From: Rhynchobatus australiae
Lineage: Eukaryota
Assembly: GCA_034780895.1 (NCBI GenBank)
Contig: JAUZTB010000064.1
Coordinates: 76,214,176 to 76,278,175 of the forward strand
DNA: 64,000 nt
Reading direction: 5' to 3'
The translations under genes and the position numbers were made by a program. Each line of letters starts with the position of its first letter. The first letter of the stretch is position 1. The notes below the pieces were generated by a model that saw only the letters and a list, made by a program, of their open reading frames with translations, made no database searches and was not told the origin of the DNA. Shown in pieces: positions 1 to 13,850 of the stretch.

Positions 1-1399
1 CAGTTAAGTGGATGCTGCAAATTGCAGTGGTTATTGAAGATGGAAGAAAATGTGTCCAAGTTCCTGACTTGGGGGGGGGGGGAGGANNNNNNNNNNNNNN
101 NNNNNNNNNNNNNNNNNNNNNNNNNNNNNNNNNNNNNNNNNNNNNNNNNNNNNNNNNNNNNNNNNNNNNNNNNNNNNNNNNNNNNNCAGGGAATTTGGGA
201 GTNNNNNNNNNNNNNNNNNNNNNNNNNNNNNNNNNNNNNNNNNNNNNNNNNNNNNNNNNNNNNNNNNNNNNNNNNNNNNNNNNNNNNNNNNNNNNNNNNN
301 NNNNNNNNNNNNNNNNNNNNNNNNNNNNNNNNNNNNNNNNNNNNNNNNNNNNNNNNNNNNNNNNNNNNNNNNNNNNNNNNNNNNNNNNNNNNNNNNNNNN
401 NNNNNNNNNNNNNNNNNNNNNNNNNNNNNNNNNNNNNNNNNNNNNNNNNNNNNNNNNNNNNNNNNNNNNNNNNNNNNNNNNNNNNNGCTTATCTGTGTTT
501 TTCCTGGATGGCTTAGTGTTCCTTTAAAGTTTTTAAGCTAAGATAGTAACTACACCCTTTTTAAAGAAGTGCATTGCTCTCAAAACTGTTGGATTTCAGG
601 CATGGATAAGTAGCAGGTCTTGCATTTGACACAGAAAATATAATGGTTCTTGGAGTTGAGGGGCATCACTCTTGGGTTACCTTTTGAAATTCACCTTTTT
701 GGGCAAGGCTGCAATGACGTTTGAGCTCAATTGTCCTTGCAGGCTTTAAACTGAATGTGGTAGTAGAGCTTGACAGCACTGTTATCTACTTTGTCACTCT
801 GATTCTGAGTAGGTTGATTAGATGGCATTTTTCAGGATTGAAATAGTCCTGTATTTTGCACCTAGGCAATTTTCCACTGGAGTTTTAAGGCTGGACCAGT
901 GTTGGTGCATCTTCAACACTGCAATTATGATGTTGACACAAGAGTCTGCATACGCTGGAATCTGGAGCAACAAACAAATTGCTGGAAGAACTTAGTGGGT
1001 TAAGCAGCTTCTGTGGAGGCAAATGGATAGTTGATGGTGAGACGGTGCAGTTGGGATGTTGCAGTCTGTGAACTTTGTTCTTCATTGAACAACTTACTGG
1101 ATTTGTGCAAAAATAAATCAACCCTTGTGTTATACACTGGGTTGATGAATTTATTGTTGGAAATTCAAAAATACATTATGTAAAGATCATGTAGGATACT
1201 GGTCTAGTCACAAGTAATGTAGCCAGGCTGTTCTTTAATTTCTAGTTCATTAAATGTCCAACTCAATTTTTGTATTATTCTGGATGTTTTTCACTGCAAA
1301 CTGGTTTTTCTGTGCAGACATTAAAAATCAGTGAGATTAAATAAATTTCAAGACAATGCTGTGTTTTATTTTGCTCCAATTTGAAAAAAAACCAGCAAA

Positions 1400-2010
1400 T
1401 ACTAGAAATTCAGAACAAAATCAGAAAATGCTAGAGGCACTCCAAGTCAAATGTCATTAAGGTCAGGGGTCCTTCATTTGAACTGGATAAATAAAAGAAC
1501 AAATCTATAATAGAGAACGGGATGTCTGAGAGGGGGAGCAGACAGAGTTATCAAGGTAACAATTACTTTTTAAAAGCTGGTAGTTACAGACCTTATTGTA
1601 ATCCCTAAATGTAGTGCAATAAGTTGGAAGTAGCTGCTTCACCAGAAAGGGCTGTCACATTATCTGCCCAACTCCCTCTTTGGCTTCCACATTGCTGCAA
1701 AAATGCCCAAAGTAAGTTTGAGGAACAGCACCTCTCTCTTCCATCTGAGTAGGTTGAAGCCCTTGGATCTTAATAATTGAATTTAACAACTTCATTTAAC
1801 CACTTTTTTCCTTTCTCTGGAGATGGCTGTACCCTTTGATTCAATTTCATTCTTTTATCTTTTGTTTCCAGTTGCAAGTTTTTAAAGTAATTGTTACTTT
1901 GGGAACTTTGTGCCCCCTATTACAGATGTTTGCTTTTTTTTCTTCCCCTTTCTGCAACTTAACATGCTTGGTTCCTTCTCCAGTTCTAAATGGTCCTTGA
2001 CCCTATATAT
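1400..2010 (+). mobile_element. Decayed Penelope-like element fragment (GIY-YIG C-terminus plus terminal repeat pieces)
   Basis: ~1710-1795 reads KFEEQHL..HLS.LKPL....EFNNF, resembling the Penelope endonuclease C-terminus; flanked by 'aaaatgctagag..ctc' terminal motif remnants. Confidence 0.55.
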
Positions 2011-2149
2011 CAACTCTTTTCCACCCAACTGATGCTTTAGGAATGGAGCTTGATCCTGAACCTCTACTTCCACAACTGATTCCAAATTAGTTGACCAATA
2101 TTGTGTAGATTGTGGTGCAATCTGAAGTCGTCTCTAGTTTTTTTTCCGC

Positions 2150-3030
2150 ACTATGATGGAATAACTGAAAAAGGTAGAGTTAAGAGCACGAGGAAGGTAG
2201 CACCACTGGGAAGATGTGCTTGGCTCAGGAGTCTGAGAGTACTGCGGAAGAAGCTGTTCTTAAGTTTGGACATCTGAGTTTTCAAGCTCCTGTATCTTCT
2301 CCCAGAATATAGAGAGAAAAGGGAATGGCCACAGTGGCAGGAATCCTTGGCGATACTGCTAGCCGGCTTGAAGCAATGCATCATGAAGCTGGACTGGATG
2401 GAATAAGTGAGGAGCATGTGAACTGGGCTGTGCATACCACTCTAGGATCAGTTGGTCAAGAGCAGAGTAGTTGCCATACCCGGCTGAGATGTGACCTGTC
2501 AAAATACTATAGTGCCTCGAGCAGTTCGAATGCTTATGGACATACCGAATCTTCTTGGGCATCTAAGAAAGTGAATGCAAGCACCTTCTTGATCATGGCA
2601 TTGATGTGAAGGGACCAAATGAGGTTGCTGGTGATCTGGATGCCAAGGAACCTGAAGCTCTCAACCATCTCTACAGCAGCTCCATTGAGGGTTGTATTCA
2701 CCTCGCTTCCTTGAGTCAACAACACCCTTGACTCCCTGGTGTTAAGGGCTAGGTTGTTTTGACGTAAGGTTTGCGATCTCATTGCTGTACTGTCTCATCA
2801 TTGTTGTTGATCCAGCTCATTAAAAGTAGTGTCATGGGTGAACATAAAAATAGTTGGAACTGCACCTGGCCACATAGTCATGGGTACATGGAGTAGAGCA
2901 AGGGACTGAGCATACAACCCTGAGGAGCAACAGTGTTGAATGCCAGAATTGATGAAATGTTAGCAATTCGTTTTGGTCAAGATGTCTGGAAGCCAGTTGC
3001 ACATGGGGACCCCAAGGTCCAGGGGTTTGG
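2150..3030 (-). mobile_element. Rex1/Babar-like non-LTR retrotransposon, 3' fragment
   Basis: Minus-strand ORFs give LNGAAVEMVESFRFLGIQITSNLIWSLHINAMIKK and HSLFSLYSGRRYRSLKTQMSKLKNSFF, typical of the RT C-terminus of this clade; frameshifted. Confidence 0.8.
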
Positions 3031-3105
3031 AGATGTGCTTATTTTTAGTGTATTTTATCAAAATGCTTGCAAGTCTGAACTAATGTATTGGTATTTTATT
3101 TACAG

Positions 3106-3171
3106 GGTTCGAAAGCATCTTAGAAGGGCTTTATGGACCAAGGTTACTCAGAGACCTCAGTTTATTTGATG
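3106..3171 (+). CDS. LCORL: LCORL coding exon 2 (first exon in window), (G)[21 protein letters not shown]
   Basis: Acceptor ttttatttacag|GG and donor G|gtaaaa; 66 nt, phase 1-1. Translation is nearly identical to recalled vertebrate [27 protein letters not shown]. Confidence 0.95.
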
Positions 3172-4314
3172 GTAAAATGTGTTTTGTTTTCTAAATATTA
3201 CCATAGTAATGAATATTGTGAAAATGTTAAAGTATGTGATCCATTTTCAGTTTTTCTTAATTTNNNNNNNNNNNNNNNNNNNNNNGAACTAAAATCTCCA
3301 TAAGAGTTGCAAGTTCTTGAAACAAAGTTTGGTTTTCTCATCAAATATTTTCTTGTATTTGAGCAATGTATCTAACCAGGGGACTTCAATAAATGTTTAG
3401 CTAATTAGGCATGTAATTAACAAGTGATGTGTTAATTTTTGAGAAGTTTGTTATACTGGTTATTTAACTAAAAATGTTCCAAATACTGCCATTCTGTTTG
3501 CAGTATAGTTACTTTCCTCTATTGATATTTAACAAGCATTTTCTGTCCACATTTTTCTGTAAGTTGTTATTAATGGCAGCATTCATGCATGTAGTGTAAC
3601 ATTTCCACATCACTTTCAGTTTCTGTACATGTAATATGCATTGTAATTTTCCACCGTTCAAACAAAATTCATCTTTTAAAACCGGAAAGGGAAAATGTTC
3701 TGAGTAATACCTGCCTTTTAAAGTTTCAAGTGTTTGACAAAATTCCATGATACAATACTGAGACATGTTAGCTAAAAAAATTGCCACTATTTGTCTGGCC
3801 TCTGTGCTTAGCTGAGAACCTGGTTGAAACCTTATGGCTATTTGGTTAACTGACTTGTCGAAGAGAGGGAGAAACATTGGAAATACTAATTTCTCTTGAA
3901 TTAGCCACTGTCTGTAACCATCCTTTGCAATATTGCTGCTGGCTTTTGAGAATTCTGAACAGGGAAACCTAATGCAAGCATGGCCCAAGTTCCAGAATAA
4001 TTTTGATCCAAATTGACTAACCATTTTTCCAAGACTGAATAACATGTAGCAAAGAAGCTGCTATATTACTGTATTTCATGGTTCATAATGAAATTTTTTT
4101 TTCTGGGTCCATGTTTGGTGTACTGTGATCCTTTAACTCTTAACAGTATGGAAAGGAAGCTGCAATCTTTTGTACTTTTTCAATGGAGCATTAATAAGCA
4201 ACGTGACTATTGGTGAAAATATGACACGGGTGCAGTAAAATTTAGTGCAGTTGCCTCTCCTGATCTTCATGTTCTGGACATGCCAGGTGGGTTTGTTCTT
4301 GAACAAGGTAGTTC

Positions 4315-4590
4315 AGTATCTCAAGAGTCAGCTGTACAGCAAGGCAATAGGCCCTTCAGTCCAACTTATCCTTGCCACTCAAAGTGCCTACCTGAGCTAA
4401 TCCCATCTGGCCCATATACCTCTCAAACTTTCCTATCCATGTACCTGAACAAAATGTCTTAAATGTTGTCATTGTAGCTGCCTCAGACAGCATGTTTCAT
4501 ATATCCACCAGCCTCTGTGAAAGCTTGCCCCTCTGGTCCTCTTCAAATCTTTTCCCCCTCACCTTAAACTGAGGCACTCTAGTTTTGTTT
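4315..4590 (-). mobile_element. CR1-like LINE 3' end fragment
   Basis: Reverse complement resembles the 3' tail of the element at 13560-13850 (aaggtgagggggaaaagattt...ggaaag...gaagggccta). Confidence 0.65.
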
Positions 4591-5519
4591 TTGAAAATAC
4601 TTCAGGTTTCAACAGGTGGGTTTGCTACCATTTAGTCCAAGTATTTCCTTCAAATTTGGCTTCATGAATTTTTGAAGAAATATTGACAATTTGAAATGTG
4701 CTGGAAGTACCCATTGATCCATCAATGGATGGTTAAAGGAAGTGCAGTTATGGCATTTTGGGTGATGGAGGAAAGATGCTTTAAATTATTAGTCTCTTTT
4801 TAGTACTGATGATTTGAACTTGGTCCTCAGGGTGGGGGGGGGGGGGGGGGGGGNNNNNNNNNNGTAATGATGTTTTGAACTTGGTAATAAGGGTGACCCC
4901 CCCCCCCCCCCCCCCTTAGTTATAGCAGTGCAGATAATAAAAATTCACCCTTTGGGAACTTTCAAATCTCTACCCGAAAAAATCAGATGTAGAATGAAAA
5001 TTTGCTCTCATGGAATTTGTGCCAATTATTATTTTTATTTACAGCTCTCATTTCTGGTCACAGAACATTACAAATTAATGGAGAAAATACATGCAGGTGT
5101 TTGTCCATGTAAGGGCTTTCTGCAACATACCTAATGTTTCATGTGCTACATGAATTTGGGGAGAGGAATGATAGTTTAACAGCTTTCTGAGGTGCACAAA
5201 AATTTCTAGCCCGCAACTTTAATTGGATTGAGAGATACAGGACATGAGTAATCAACAAGTTGGTCTACCTTGAGTCAAGTTTCTAGTTAAAAAGTTGGTG
5301 TGGATAAGGAGATGTGCATAAATTATTTGGTTCGTGGTCAAATTATTAAGGCAAAGTTGAAGGTGTGGCAGAAGGAAATGGTTTTGGTGATGAATAGTCT
5401 GAGGACTCTGTTCAGGACCAAATAGGATGCCTAGAATGCAGATAATCTAATTTGCCATTTGACCAGGAGAGCAATAGAATTGTTGTGGACTTTGGATTTA
5501 ATAGATGTTGAATTAGATA

Positions 5520-6120
5520 CTTCTTACTAGATGTAAGGGTCAATGGGGACATGCTGAATTTCCTTGGCCTTCTGAGGAAGTAGAGGTACTAGTGTTTTCT
5601 TGTCCATAGCATCTACATTGCATAAGGACAAGCTATTGGTTATAGTTACACCTAGGAACTTGAAGCTCTCAACCATTTCCACCTCAGCACCAGGGCCTGT
5701 ATTCTGCCCCACTTCCTGAAGTCAATGACCAGCTCTTTTGTTTTGCTGATATTGTATTTCTTGATACCATGACACTAGGTTCTCTATCTCCTTCCAGTAC
5801 TATCTCATTGTTTGAGATATGGCCCACAATGGTGTCATCTGTAAACTTATGGATGAAGTTAGTGTAGAAACTGGGCACAGATCTGAGTATCTAGGGAGTG
5901 AAGGGGCTGAGGATGTAGCCTTGTGAGGCATCAGTGTTGAGGATAATTGGTGGATGCATTGCTACCTATTTTTTGATTGTGGTCNNNNNNNNNNNNNNNN
6001 NNNNNNNNNNNNNNNNNNNNNNNNNNNNNNNNNNNNNNNNNNNNNNNNNNNNNNNNNNNNNNNNNNNNNNNNNNNNNNNNNNNNNNNNNNNNNGGAGCTA
6101 TCGTCAATAAATAAGAGTCT
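5520..6120 (-). mobile_element. Rex1/Babar-like LINE fragment (RT region)
   Basis: Minus-strand ORFs give HKFTDDTIVGHISNNE (the F/YADD region) and GAEVEMVESFKFLGVTITNSLS. Confidence 0.8.
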
Positions 6121-7429
6121 GTTTAATTCCTACCATTACAGATTGGTGTCTACTTTTCAGAACAGCAATTTAAAATAGACTGAAATTTGGTATAAAATTG
6201 GTTTGGCAAAGTTTCTTGGTTCCCAAGTTTTGCATGTAAACTGAGGGTGATAAGCATGACTGAATTCCAAAACCAAGCTCTCTTATCTAGGCAGTTATGT
6301 AGAGATTTTAATTGGCACTTGAGTTATTGTTTCTATACCATTTTCTGAAGTGATCCTATAAGGCAGGAAAAGTTGTTTGATTTTCATTAAAGAGAATATT
6401 GCTACCAATTAAATTTTGACTCTGCCTTAGTCTCCTATTTCCTGTGAGAGTTTTGAGGCCAAAACTGGAGTGCAGGTTTGTTTAAAGGGCAGGAGGAATT
6501 TATGAAGGTGAGCAGGGATGAGGCCATCATGGAACTTAAAACAGTAAATAATCTTTTCAAAATGTGGGGATTGCATGATCAGGAGCAGGAGATGCATTAG
6601 CAAAAATTAAAGAATAAATGGGACTTGGTTTAATTGGGAATTCTGCAGCAATGAATGATCCCACATTTGGGAGATTGAACAGGACTGTATTGAAGCAGCT
6701 AAATCCAGACAAAGCCAAGACTGGTGATTTCATCAACACATATGGTAGACATGGAATTGGAATGAAGTGACTGTGCAAATGATGTGTTTTGCTCCTCCTA
6801 TTTGTCAGATATGGTACTTGATACATCTCATTTAACATGGGGCATTTGCTAAGGAGAAGGGTAAACTAGGTGCTAGGGACTGAAAGCAGTGGCTTATCTC
6901 CTAGATACGTGGAAGAAACTTGACTCAAGTGGAGGGTTCAGTTGACAGTGGTAAGGTAGAACTGGTGATGACAACTGTTTATGAAACCTGGTATTTGTAT
7001 TTTAGGTGTGGTCAGTATATAGATAAGAAATAGGGGTGGGGGGAATAGATCTTGAGGAATGCTCGTGGAAATGGTGCAGGTGTGAGAAGTGTAGCCTTTG
7101 GAGATTATATGGTTTCAATTGGATTGTTATGTAATTCTATTCAGGTAGACAATGGAAGAGAAGGATGTAGTCAAATGTCAGATGGTACAAAGATTGAACA
7201 ATNNNNNNNNNNNNNNNNNNNNNNNNNNNNNNNNNNNNNNNNNNNNNNNNNNNNNNNNNNNNNNNNNACAATCTATGTATAAATGTAGACCATAAATTTT
7301 GCAAGGTAATGATACTTTCAAGGGCTTGGAGAGGATTGAGGATCTGGAGACAGTAACATAACAATAGTGGAAGGGGCTGACTATGGATTTTGTTGAGATT
7401 GTATGAGGGAGTGGGACAAAAATTAATGA

Positions 7430-7670
7430 ATTTTTTAATTGAATTTTATTTACAGTGTGGTAACAGGCCTTATGGCCCAATGAGTCCACGCTGCCCATTT
7501 TAAACCCATATTAACCTACCTGTACATCTATGGAACGTGGGAGGAAACCAGAGCACCTGGAGGAAACCCACGCAGACATGGGAGAACATACAAACTCCTT
7601 AGACAGCGATGGGAATCGAACCCCGATCACTGGCACCATAATAGCGTTGCGCTAACCGCTAGGCTAGTGT
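7430..7670 (-). mobile_element. tRNA-derived V-SINE-like element
   Basis: Reverse complement shows an A/B-box head (tagcggttagcgcaacg...ggggttcgattccc) and a V-domain (ggagtttgtatgttctccc...gggtttcctccaggtgctctggtttcctcccac). Confidence 0.8.
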
Positions 7671-8409
7671 ATCGGTTAGGAGGATAGAAGTTGGTGGTCA
7701 GCAGTTTTGGATGTAGGATTAAATACGTTATTTGATTAATTTGCTGAAAATTTCCTTGGAGCCATTCCCATTCTGTAATTTGCAAAAGAAATCCCATTTA
7801 AATGAATGGCGTTATACCAATGGAACATGAGCAGCACTAAGCAAATTCCTAGTCACATTGCCATTATTACTAAAATTGTTTTGAACGTGGCTGTAAATGG
7901 GTCCATGCCACAGAAGTCCATTTTCCTCACAGCCTATTGCTCTTACCATCCTTTCCATTGGGTTGAGGAATGTTTGGTGTTCAAAAAAAGGTTTCTGTAA
8001 AGCATTTAAGTTCTACCTTTTGCAGACAAGAGTACCACTTTCATGCAATGTGAAATGTCCTTTGTAAAGAGGTTTGTGAAGTGATGCTGGTCTGCTTAGG
8101 CCAGTCATATTTTTGTACTGTATTTTAAAATATTCCCTTTTATAGCATGCCTTCATTCTCATAGCTATCAAGTGTACTTCTAAGCTATTAAGTTTGTGTT
8201 CCTCCATTCAGAGGACCTAGCAGGGTAGATACAGGATGATTCTTCTTTCTCCTCTTCTTCTCTTTCCCCCCCCACCCCCCCCACCAATGAGGACTCTCGA
8301 ACCAGGAGNNNNNNNNNNNNNNNNNNNNNNNNNNNNNNNNNNNNNNNNNNNNNNNNNNNNNNNNNNNNNNNNNNNNNNNNNNNNNNNNNNNNNNNNNNNN
8401 NNNNNNNNA

Positions 8410-9020
8410 GGGATATCAGACTTATCTCTGCACTGCAAAAAACAACAAATTTCATGTCATATGTCAAAGACCTAAAATTACAAAGATAAGTGGATTTTAA
8501 AAAAAAACAAAGCAGTGTTCATGGACCATTCAGAAATCTGATAGAGGGGAAGAAGCTGTTTCTGAATCATTGAGTGTGGGTCTTTGGGTTCCTGTACCAC
8601 CACTGATGGTAGTAATGAGAAGAGGGCATGTCTGGATGGTGAGTGTCCTTGGTGATGTATGCTGCTGCCTTAAGGCACTGCCTCTTGAAGATGTCCTTGA
8701 TGATGGGGAGGGTTGTGCCCATGATGGAGCTGGCTGAGTCTACAACCCTCTGCAGCTTGTGATCCTGTGTACTGGAGCCTCCATACCAGGCTGTGATACA
8801 ACCAGTCAGAATGTTCTGTATAAAACATCTATAAAATTTGAAAGTGTCTTTGTGACATACTGAATCCTCAAACTCCTAATGGAATAGAGGTGCTGGCGTG
8901 CTGCCTTCGTGATTGCATTAATGTGTTGAGCCCAGGATCAATCCTTTGAGATATTAATGCTCAGGAACTTGAATCTGTACACCCTTTCTACTGCTGACCC
9001 CTCAATGAGGGCTGGTGTGT
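8410..9020 (-). mobile_element. Rex1/Babar-like LINE 3' fragment
   Basis: Same diagnostic sequence as 2150-3030 and 43370-44110 (gaagaagctgtttctg..., caggaacttgaa...accctttctactgct). Confidence 0.7.
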
Positions 9021-9539
9021 ATTCTAAAATGAGTAGGCCATTTAGTAATGAAATAAGGAGAAATTTCTTCACTTAGATGTTGAATTCTCTGGCCCAGAGG
9101 GCAGTAGAAACTCCTTGACTTCATTTGAACTGGGTTAGATTTTGGCTATTATATCATCATGGAATGTAGGAATAGGATAGTTAAATGATTTTGAGGTAGA
9201 AGATCAGCCATGATCTTGTTGAATGGTGGAATGACATTTGGGGGGGGGGGGGTGGGGGAAGCAAACAGCCTAATCCTGCTCCTATTTCTTATNNNNNNNN
9301 NNNNNNNNNNNNNNNNNNNNNNNNNNNNNNNNNNNNNNNNNNNNNNNNNNNNNNNNNNNNNNNNNNNNNNNNNNNNNNNNNNNNNNNNNNNNCCCCCCCC
9401 CCCCCCCCCCCCCCCCCCCAAGCAAACAGCCTAATCCTGCTCCTATTTCTTATCCTCAACTCTGATCTGAGAGCTTGGTGTACTTGTCTATAATGTTTTC
9501 ACATGAAATTTTTGTGATTTGTGTAACCCTATCAAATGC

Positions 9540-10260
9540 TGGTAGATCCTGTCCCTCAGAATTCCCTCCAGTAACTTCGCCACTACCAATATCAGGCTGA
9601 CCAGCCTGTAGGTCCCTGGCTTGTCCTTGCTACTTTCTTAAACAACAGCACAACATTAGCCACCTTCCAGTCTTTGGGATCTTCATCAGTGGCTAACAAT
9701 GAAGCATACATTTCCGTAAGGGCCTCCACATTTCTTCAGCCTCTCACGAAGTGTGAGCATGCACTCAGTGAGGCCCTGAGGATTTATCAACCTTAATGTG
9801 CTATAAGGCTGCAAATGCCTTCTCCATTGTAATACAAATATCCTCCAAAACACCTTGTTTCCCTTATCTTTTGAGCAACCATGACTTTCTCAGTAAACAT
9901 TTGTTTAAAAATCCCACCCTCCCACCCACCAGGAAATCCTGATTTCCTCCTTGAGTATTCTTAATCTTTTTATAGTCATCAAGGGATTTGCTTATACCTG
10001 ACTTCTCAATCTCAATATATGCTTTTTCTGGACCTGAGCCTCAATATTTCTCATCAGCCAAGGTTCCCTAAACTTGCCAGGCTTACCCTTCAGCCTAACA
10101 GGAACATGCTGCACCTGGACTCTTGATATCACACTCTTAAAATCCTTCCACTTGCTATTCATTCCTTTCCCTTAAAACAGGTTCACCCAATGGACATCTG
10201 TTGGATCCTGCAAAATTCTCCCAAGATTAGCCTGTTCCAGTTTAGAACCATTATCACCTT
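9540..10260 (-). mobile_element. CR1-like LINE ORF2 internal fragment
   Basis: Reverse strand near 9580-9690 reads ..PKDWKVANVVLLFKK...KPGTYRLVSL, the CR1 RT N-terminal motif. Confidence 0.7.
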
Positions 10261-12189
10261 GTAAGAAAATGAAACTTGTGTTAACTTCAAATTGCATCCA
10301 AGTAGTATTCTTCAGTAATACCAATGTTGAAATTGAATCTCTAATCCAAGCTATTAGAATTTGTAAAGCTTCTTCACTGTAGTGTTGGTCTGAAAGAGAG
10401 TGGAAAGCAACTGATTGTCAGTGCTCCACTTTTACCAGTGCCACATTTTGAGGAGTCATTTACTCAAGCAGGAGATAAATTGGAAAACTTGAAATATAAT
10501 TAAGTTGTGGACTACAATAACAGTCTGGTACATGGTCCTGCTGATCATTTCGTTCTCACTTAAAGCTTTCAATAGCTTGCTACTACTCCTGGATGGATAA
10601 TGTTCTGCATGGCAACTTTTATTACCCATCAAGGATTTCTAAGAAAGTACCCCTAAAATGGTCATGGAATACCTTGCAGGCTGGGGGAAAATAAGAATAT
10701 TGAAGGTTTGAAGCCATAACCATGTGAATGAATCTGTAGCATACAAAGATGCAAGAGTTTCACTATATACCTGCAATACTTTGATTCAGGCCAGAAGTAT
10801 CCCAGTTGCTTGAGCTTGTCCTTTAATATAAATTGTGCCACTGATTATGATGGGCATTTAGAATATGCGTCAATCTTGTGTCTCCCATATTTCTTGCCCC
10901 AGCCTTCTCCCCTAACGTAGGTTAAAGAAAACTTGCAGAAGGCAACTTATAATCTTTCTATTGGAAACTTGAAATTAGTAGTGCAGTATATTCAGATTCT
11001 CACTGAACAATTTCTGTGATTTGAATAATTCTCATTAACAATACTTTAGCATGCCACATATACTGCAGTGATACTGGCTTTGTTTTTGCCCAGAAGGGTT
11101 AGTAAGGTATTCAGTTACTCTAAGTGATATAATGCATTTTTTGAAAAAAGGCTGAAAAAGGATTGTGCTGAATCAATTAGTAACTTGTCCTGATGTCACC
11201 TGAAGATTGTATCCTGCTCAAGTGATTTGTCTTCCCTTTTATATCATTAATTATAAAATCAATAGTTTGGATTTTAGAAGTTTAAGTCTGCAAGAAATTA
11301 AAACAAGTATGAAACATGTACAGTTTTTATGCCTTTGTATTTGGAATATCTGCTAAATATGACTAATGTAGATCACTGGAAATCTTGAACTGAGGTTTAA
11401 TGAGAGATGTCTTAGTATGCAAAGGTGGTTCCAATTGTTATATGGTTACTCGAAGATTTCTGGTATTAATCCTTTGAAATAGTCTCCATATTATCACCAA
11501 ATGTGGATGATTTGCAGTTAATTACAATTGTTTTTGAAAATATTTTTAAGATTGTTTCATCATTCAGTTCCTGATTAGTTTATTAGTATGGTACAGTTAA
11601 TGGATTAAATAAAGAAAAGAAATACAGACAGTACTGAAATTCACACCTTTCCTAATTGTGGAAGGTTTTTCTTGTGTATCTGGCTTTGAAGAAAGTAATG
11701 GACAAAAATTTCCTATAAACTCTCACATGGTATATGCCATAATTCTGCAAAAAGTTATTTTCTATTTCCTGCCTTACAGTCTCATTTATGGTAGTCCTGA
11801 GTTTAATGCCATCTCAAGCATAGAATTTATAAATAACCATACAAATCACTTGGGTTGCCAACAGTCATGTGTTGTATGGGATTTCTGTATCAGGAAGAAA
11901 AGTTGTCATCATCCAGTGTACCCTTATGACCTGGAGGATAGCTGTGGATGTTGGAGTTGCTGGCTTCTTCACCTGAAGCCTGTACTTGTGGGACTGTATC
12001 TGGTAGGCAAGATGGGATGTGGGGGTGTGAGTTTTGAATTTCAATTAGGCCCCACTGTGTTAGGCAGGTTTCTCCAGCATCAGCTGTGAAATTAGTTCTC
12101 TTAATGAGTTGTTTCAGGCACAATGGGCTGTAAGATTCTTGGAACTGCTACCTTTGTGCTGCCCTCTCACACAATCTTTACTCTTGTTT

Positions 12190-13850
12190 GAGACGGATGG
12201 CTTTGGCAGAGAAGATTAAGGAGAACCCGAAGAGAATAGGGCCCATCAAAGACCAAAGTGGACATCTTTGTGTGGAGCTGCAGGAGATGGGTGAGGTCTT
12301 TAATAAATATTTCTGTTTTTTACCGTGGAGAAAGACATGGAGACTTTGGAACTAGGGAAAGTTGCTGGGTGTAGTCATATTACAGTAGAGGAGGTGCTGG
12401 ATGTCTTAATATATGAAAGTAGACAAATCTCTGGGGCCTGACTAGGTACATCCAAGAACACTGGGAGGCTAGAGAAGAAATTGTGGGAGCCCTGGCTAAG
12501 ATATTTGCATCATTGTTAGCCATGGGTGAGGTGCCAGTAGACTGGAAGGTAATGAATGTTGTGTCCTTTTTAAGGGCTGTAAAGTAAATCCTAGGAACTA
12601 TAGACCAGTAAGTCTGTGGTAGGTAAGTTAGTGGAGAGGATTTTGAGGAATAAGATACGTGCATCTTGAAAGACTGAGGTTGATTAGATATAATCTATAC
12701 AGCTTTGTATGGGAGATTGTCTTACGAACTTGATTGAGTTTTTTGATGTGACCAAGAAGGTTGATGAATGCAGGTCAGTAGACATGGTCTATGTGGACTT
12801 CAGTAAGGCTTTTTAAGGTACCGCATGGTAGGCTGCTCAGGAAGGTGAGATTGCATGGAATCTGGCTAATTGGATACACAAGTGGTTTGATGGTAGGAAG
12901 CAAAGGGTGATAGGTTTTCTCCAACTAGAGGCCCANNNNNNNNNNNNNNNNNNNNNNNNNNNNNNNNNNNNNNNNNNNNNNNNNNNNNNNNNNNNNNNNN
13001 NNNNNNNNNNNNNNNNNNNNNNNNNNNNNNNNNNNTGATAGGTTTTCTCCAACTAGAGGCCCATGGCAAGTGATGTGCCTCAGATCAGTGCTGGACCCAT
13101 TATTTGTCATCTATATCAACAGTTTGAATAAGAATGTAAAGGGCATGGTTAGTAAGTTTGCAAATGACACTGAAATAGGTGGTATAATGGACAGTGAAGA
13201 AGGTTGTCAAAAATTACAGGGGGATCTTGTGCAGCTGAGTAAATGGGCCAAAGAATGGCAAATAGAATTTGCTTCAGATAAGTGCAAGGCATTGCATTTT
13301 GGAAAGTCAAATCAAGGTAGGACTTTCACAGTGAATGGCAAGGCCCAGGGGGGTGTTGTAGAACACAGGGATTTTGGAATTTGGGTACATGTTTCCGAGA
13401 GTGGAGTCGCAGGTAGACAGATGAAGGCCAGCGTGCCAGAATCCTTCAGGGCACTGAGTAAACTTTTTTTTTAAGTTCTTTATTCCTTGGAGTGTAAGAG
13501 ACTTGTAGAAGTTATCTTAGATGTGCATAAAATAATGAGGTGCATAGATGGGATGAATGCACTCAGGGTTGAGGAATCAAGAGTTAGAGGACATGAGTTT
13601 AAGGTGAGAGGGGGAAGATTTTAACAAGAACTTGAGGGGGAATATTTTTACAGTGGTATGTATGTGGAATGAGCTGTCAGAGGAAGTGGTTGAGGCAGGT
13701 TTAATAACAAATTTTAAAAGACAGTTGGACTGGTCCATGGACAGGAAAGGTTTAGAAGGGTGTGGACCCAATGCTGGCAAACAGGACTAGGTTGGATGGT
13801 GTGGACCGTTTGGGCTGAAGAGCCTGTTTCCATGCTGTATGACTCTGACT
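12190..13850 (+). mobile_element. 5'-truncated CR1-like LINE (RT region plus 3' tail), decayed
   Basis: Frameshifted IGPIKDQSGHLCVELQEMGEVLNKYF, GEVPVDWKV, NYRPVS, LTNLIEFF, DFSKAF. ORF 13070..13474 gives VSKFANDTEIGG...KWAKEWQIEFASDKCKALHFGKSN. Ends in a gactctgactc tail. Confidence 0.92.

Noticed and set aside
3509-4045. 178-aa minus-strand ORF; also 11658..12089 and 42736..43158
   Set aside because: No recognisable domain or supporting exon structure; likely chance intronic ORFs.
9240-9452. Repeat aagcaaacagcctaatcctgctcctatttcttat preceded by poly-G in one copy and poly-C in the other; a similar case at 4805-4916
   Set aside because: Gap-adjacent homopolymers with duplicated flanks point to assembly error. 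They are not reliable evidence for an inversion switch or G-quadruplex element.
12908-13063. Identical ~28-nt direct repeat (tgataggttttctccaactagaggccca) flanking a 100-N gap
   Set aside because: Most likely an unmerged contig overlap, not a target-site duplication or CRISPR-like repeat.
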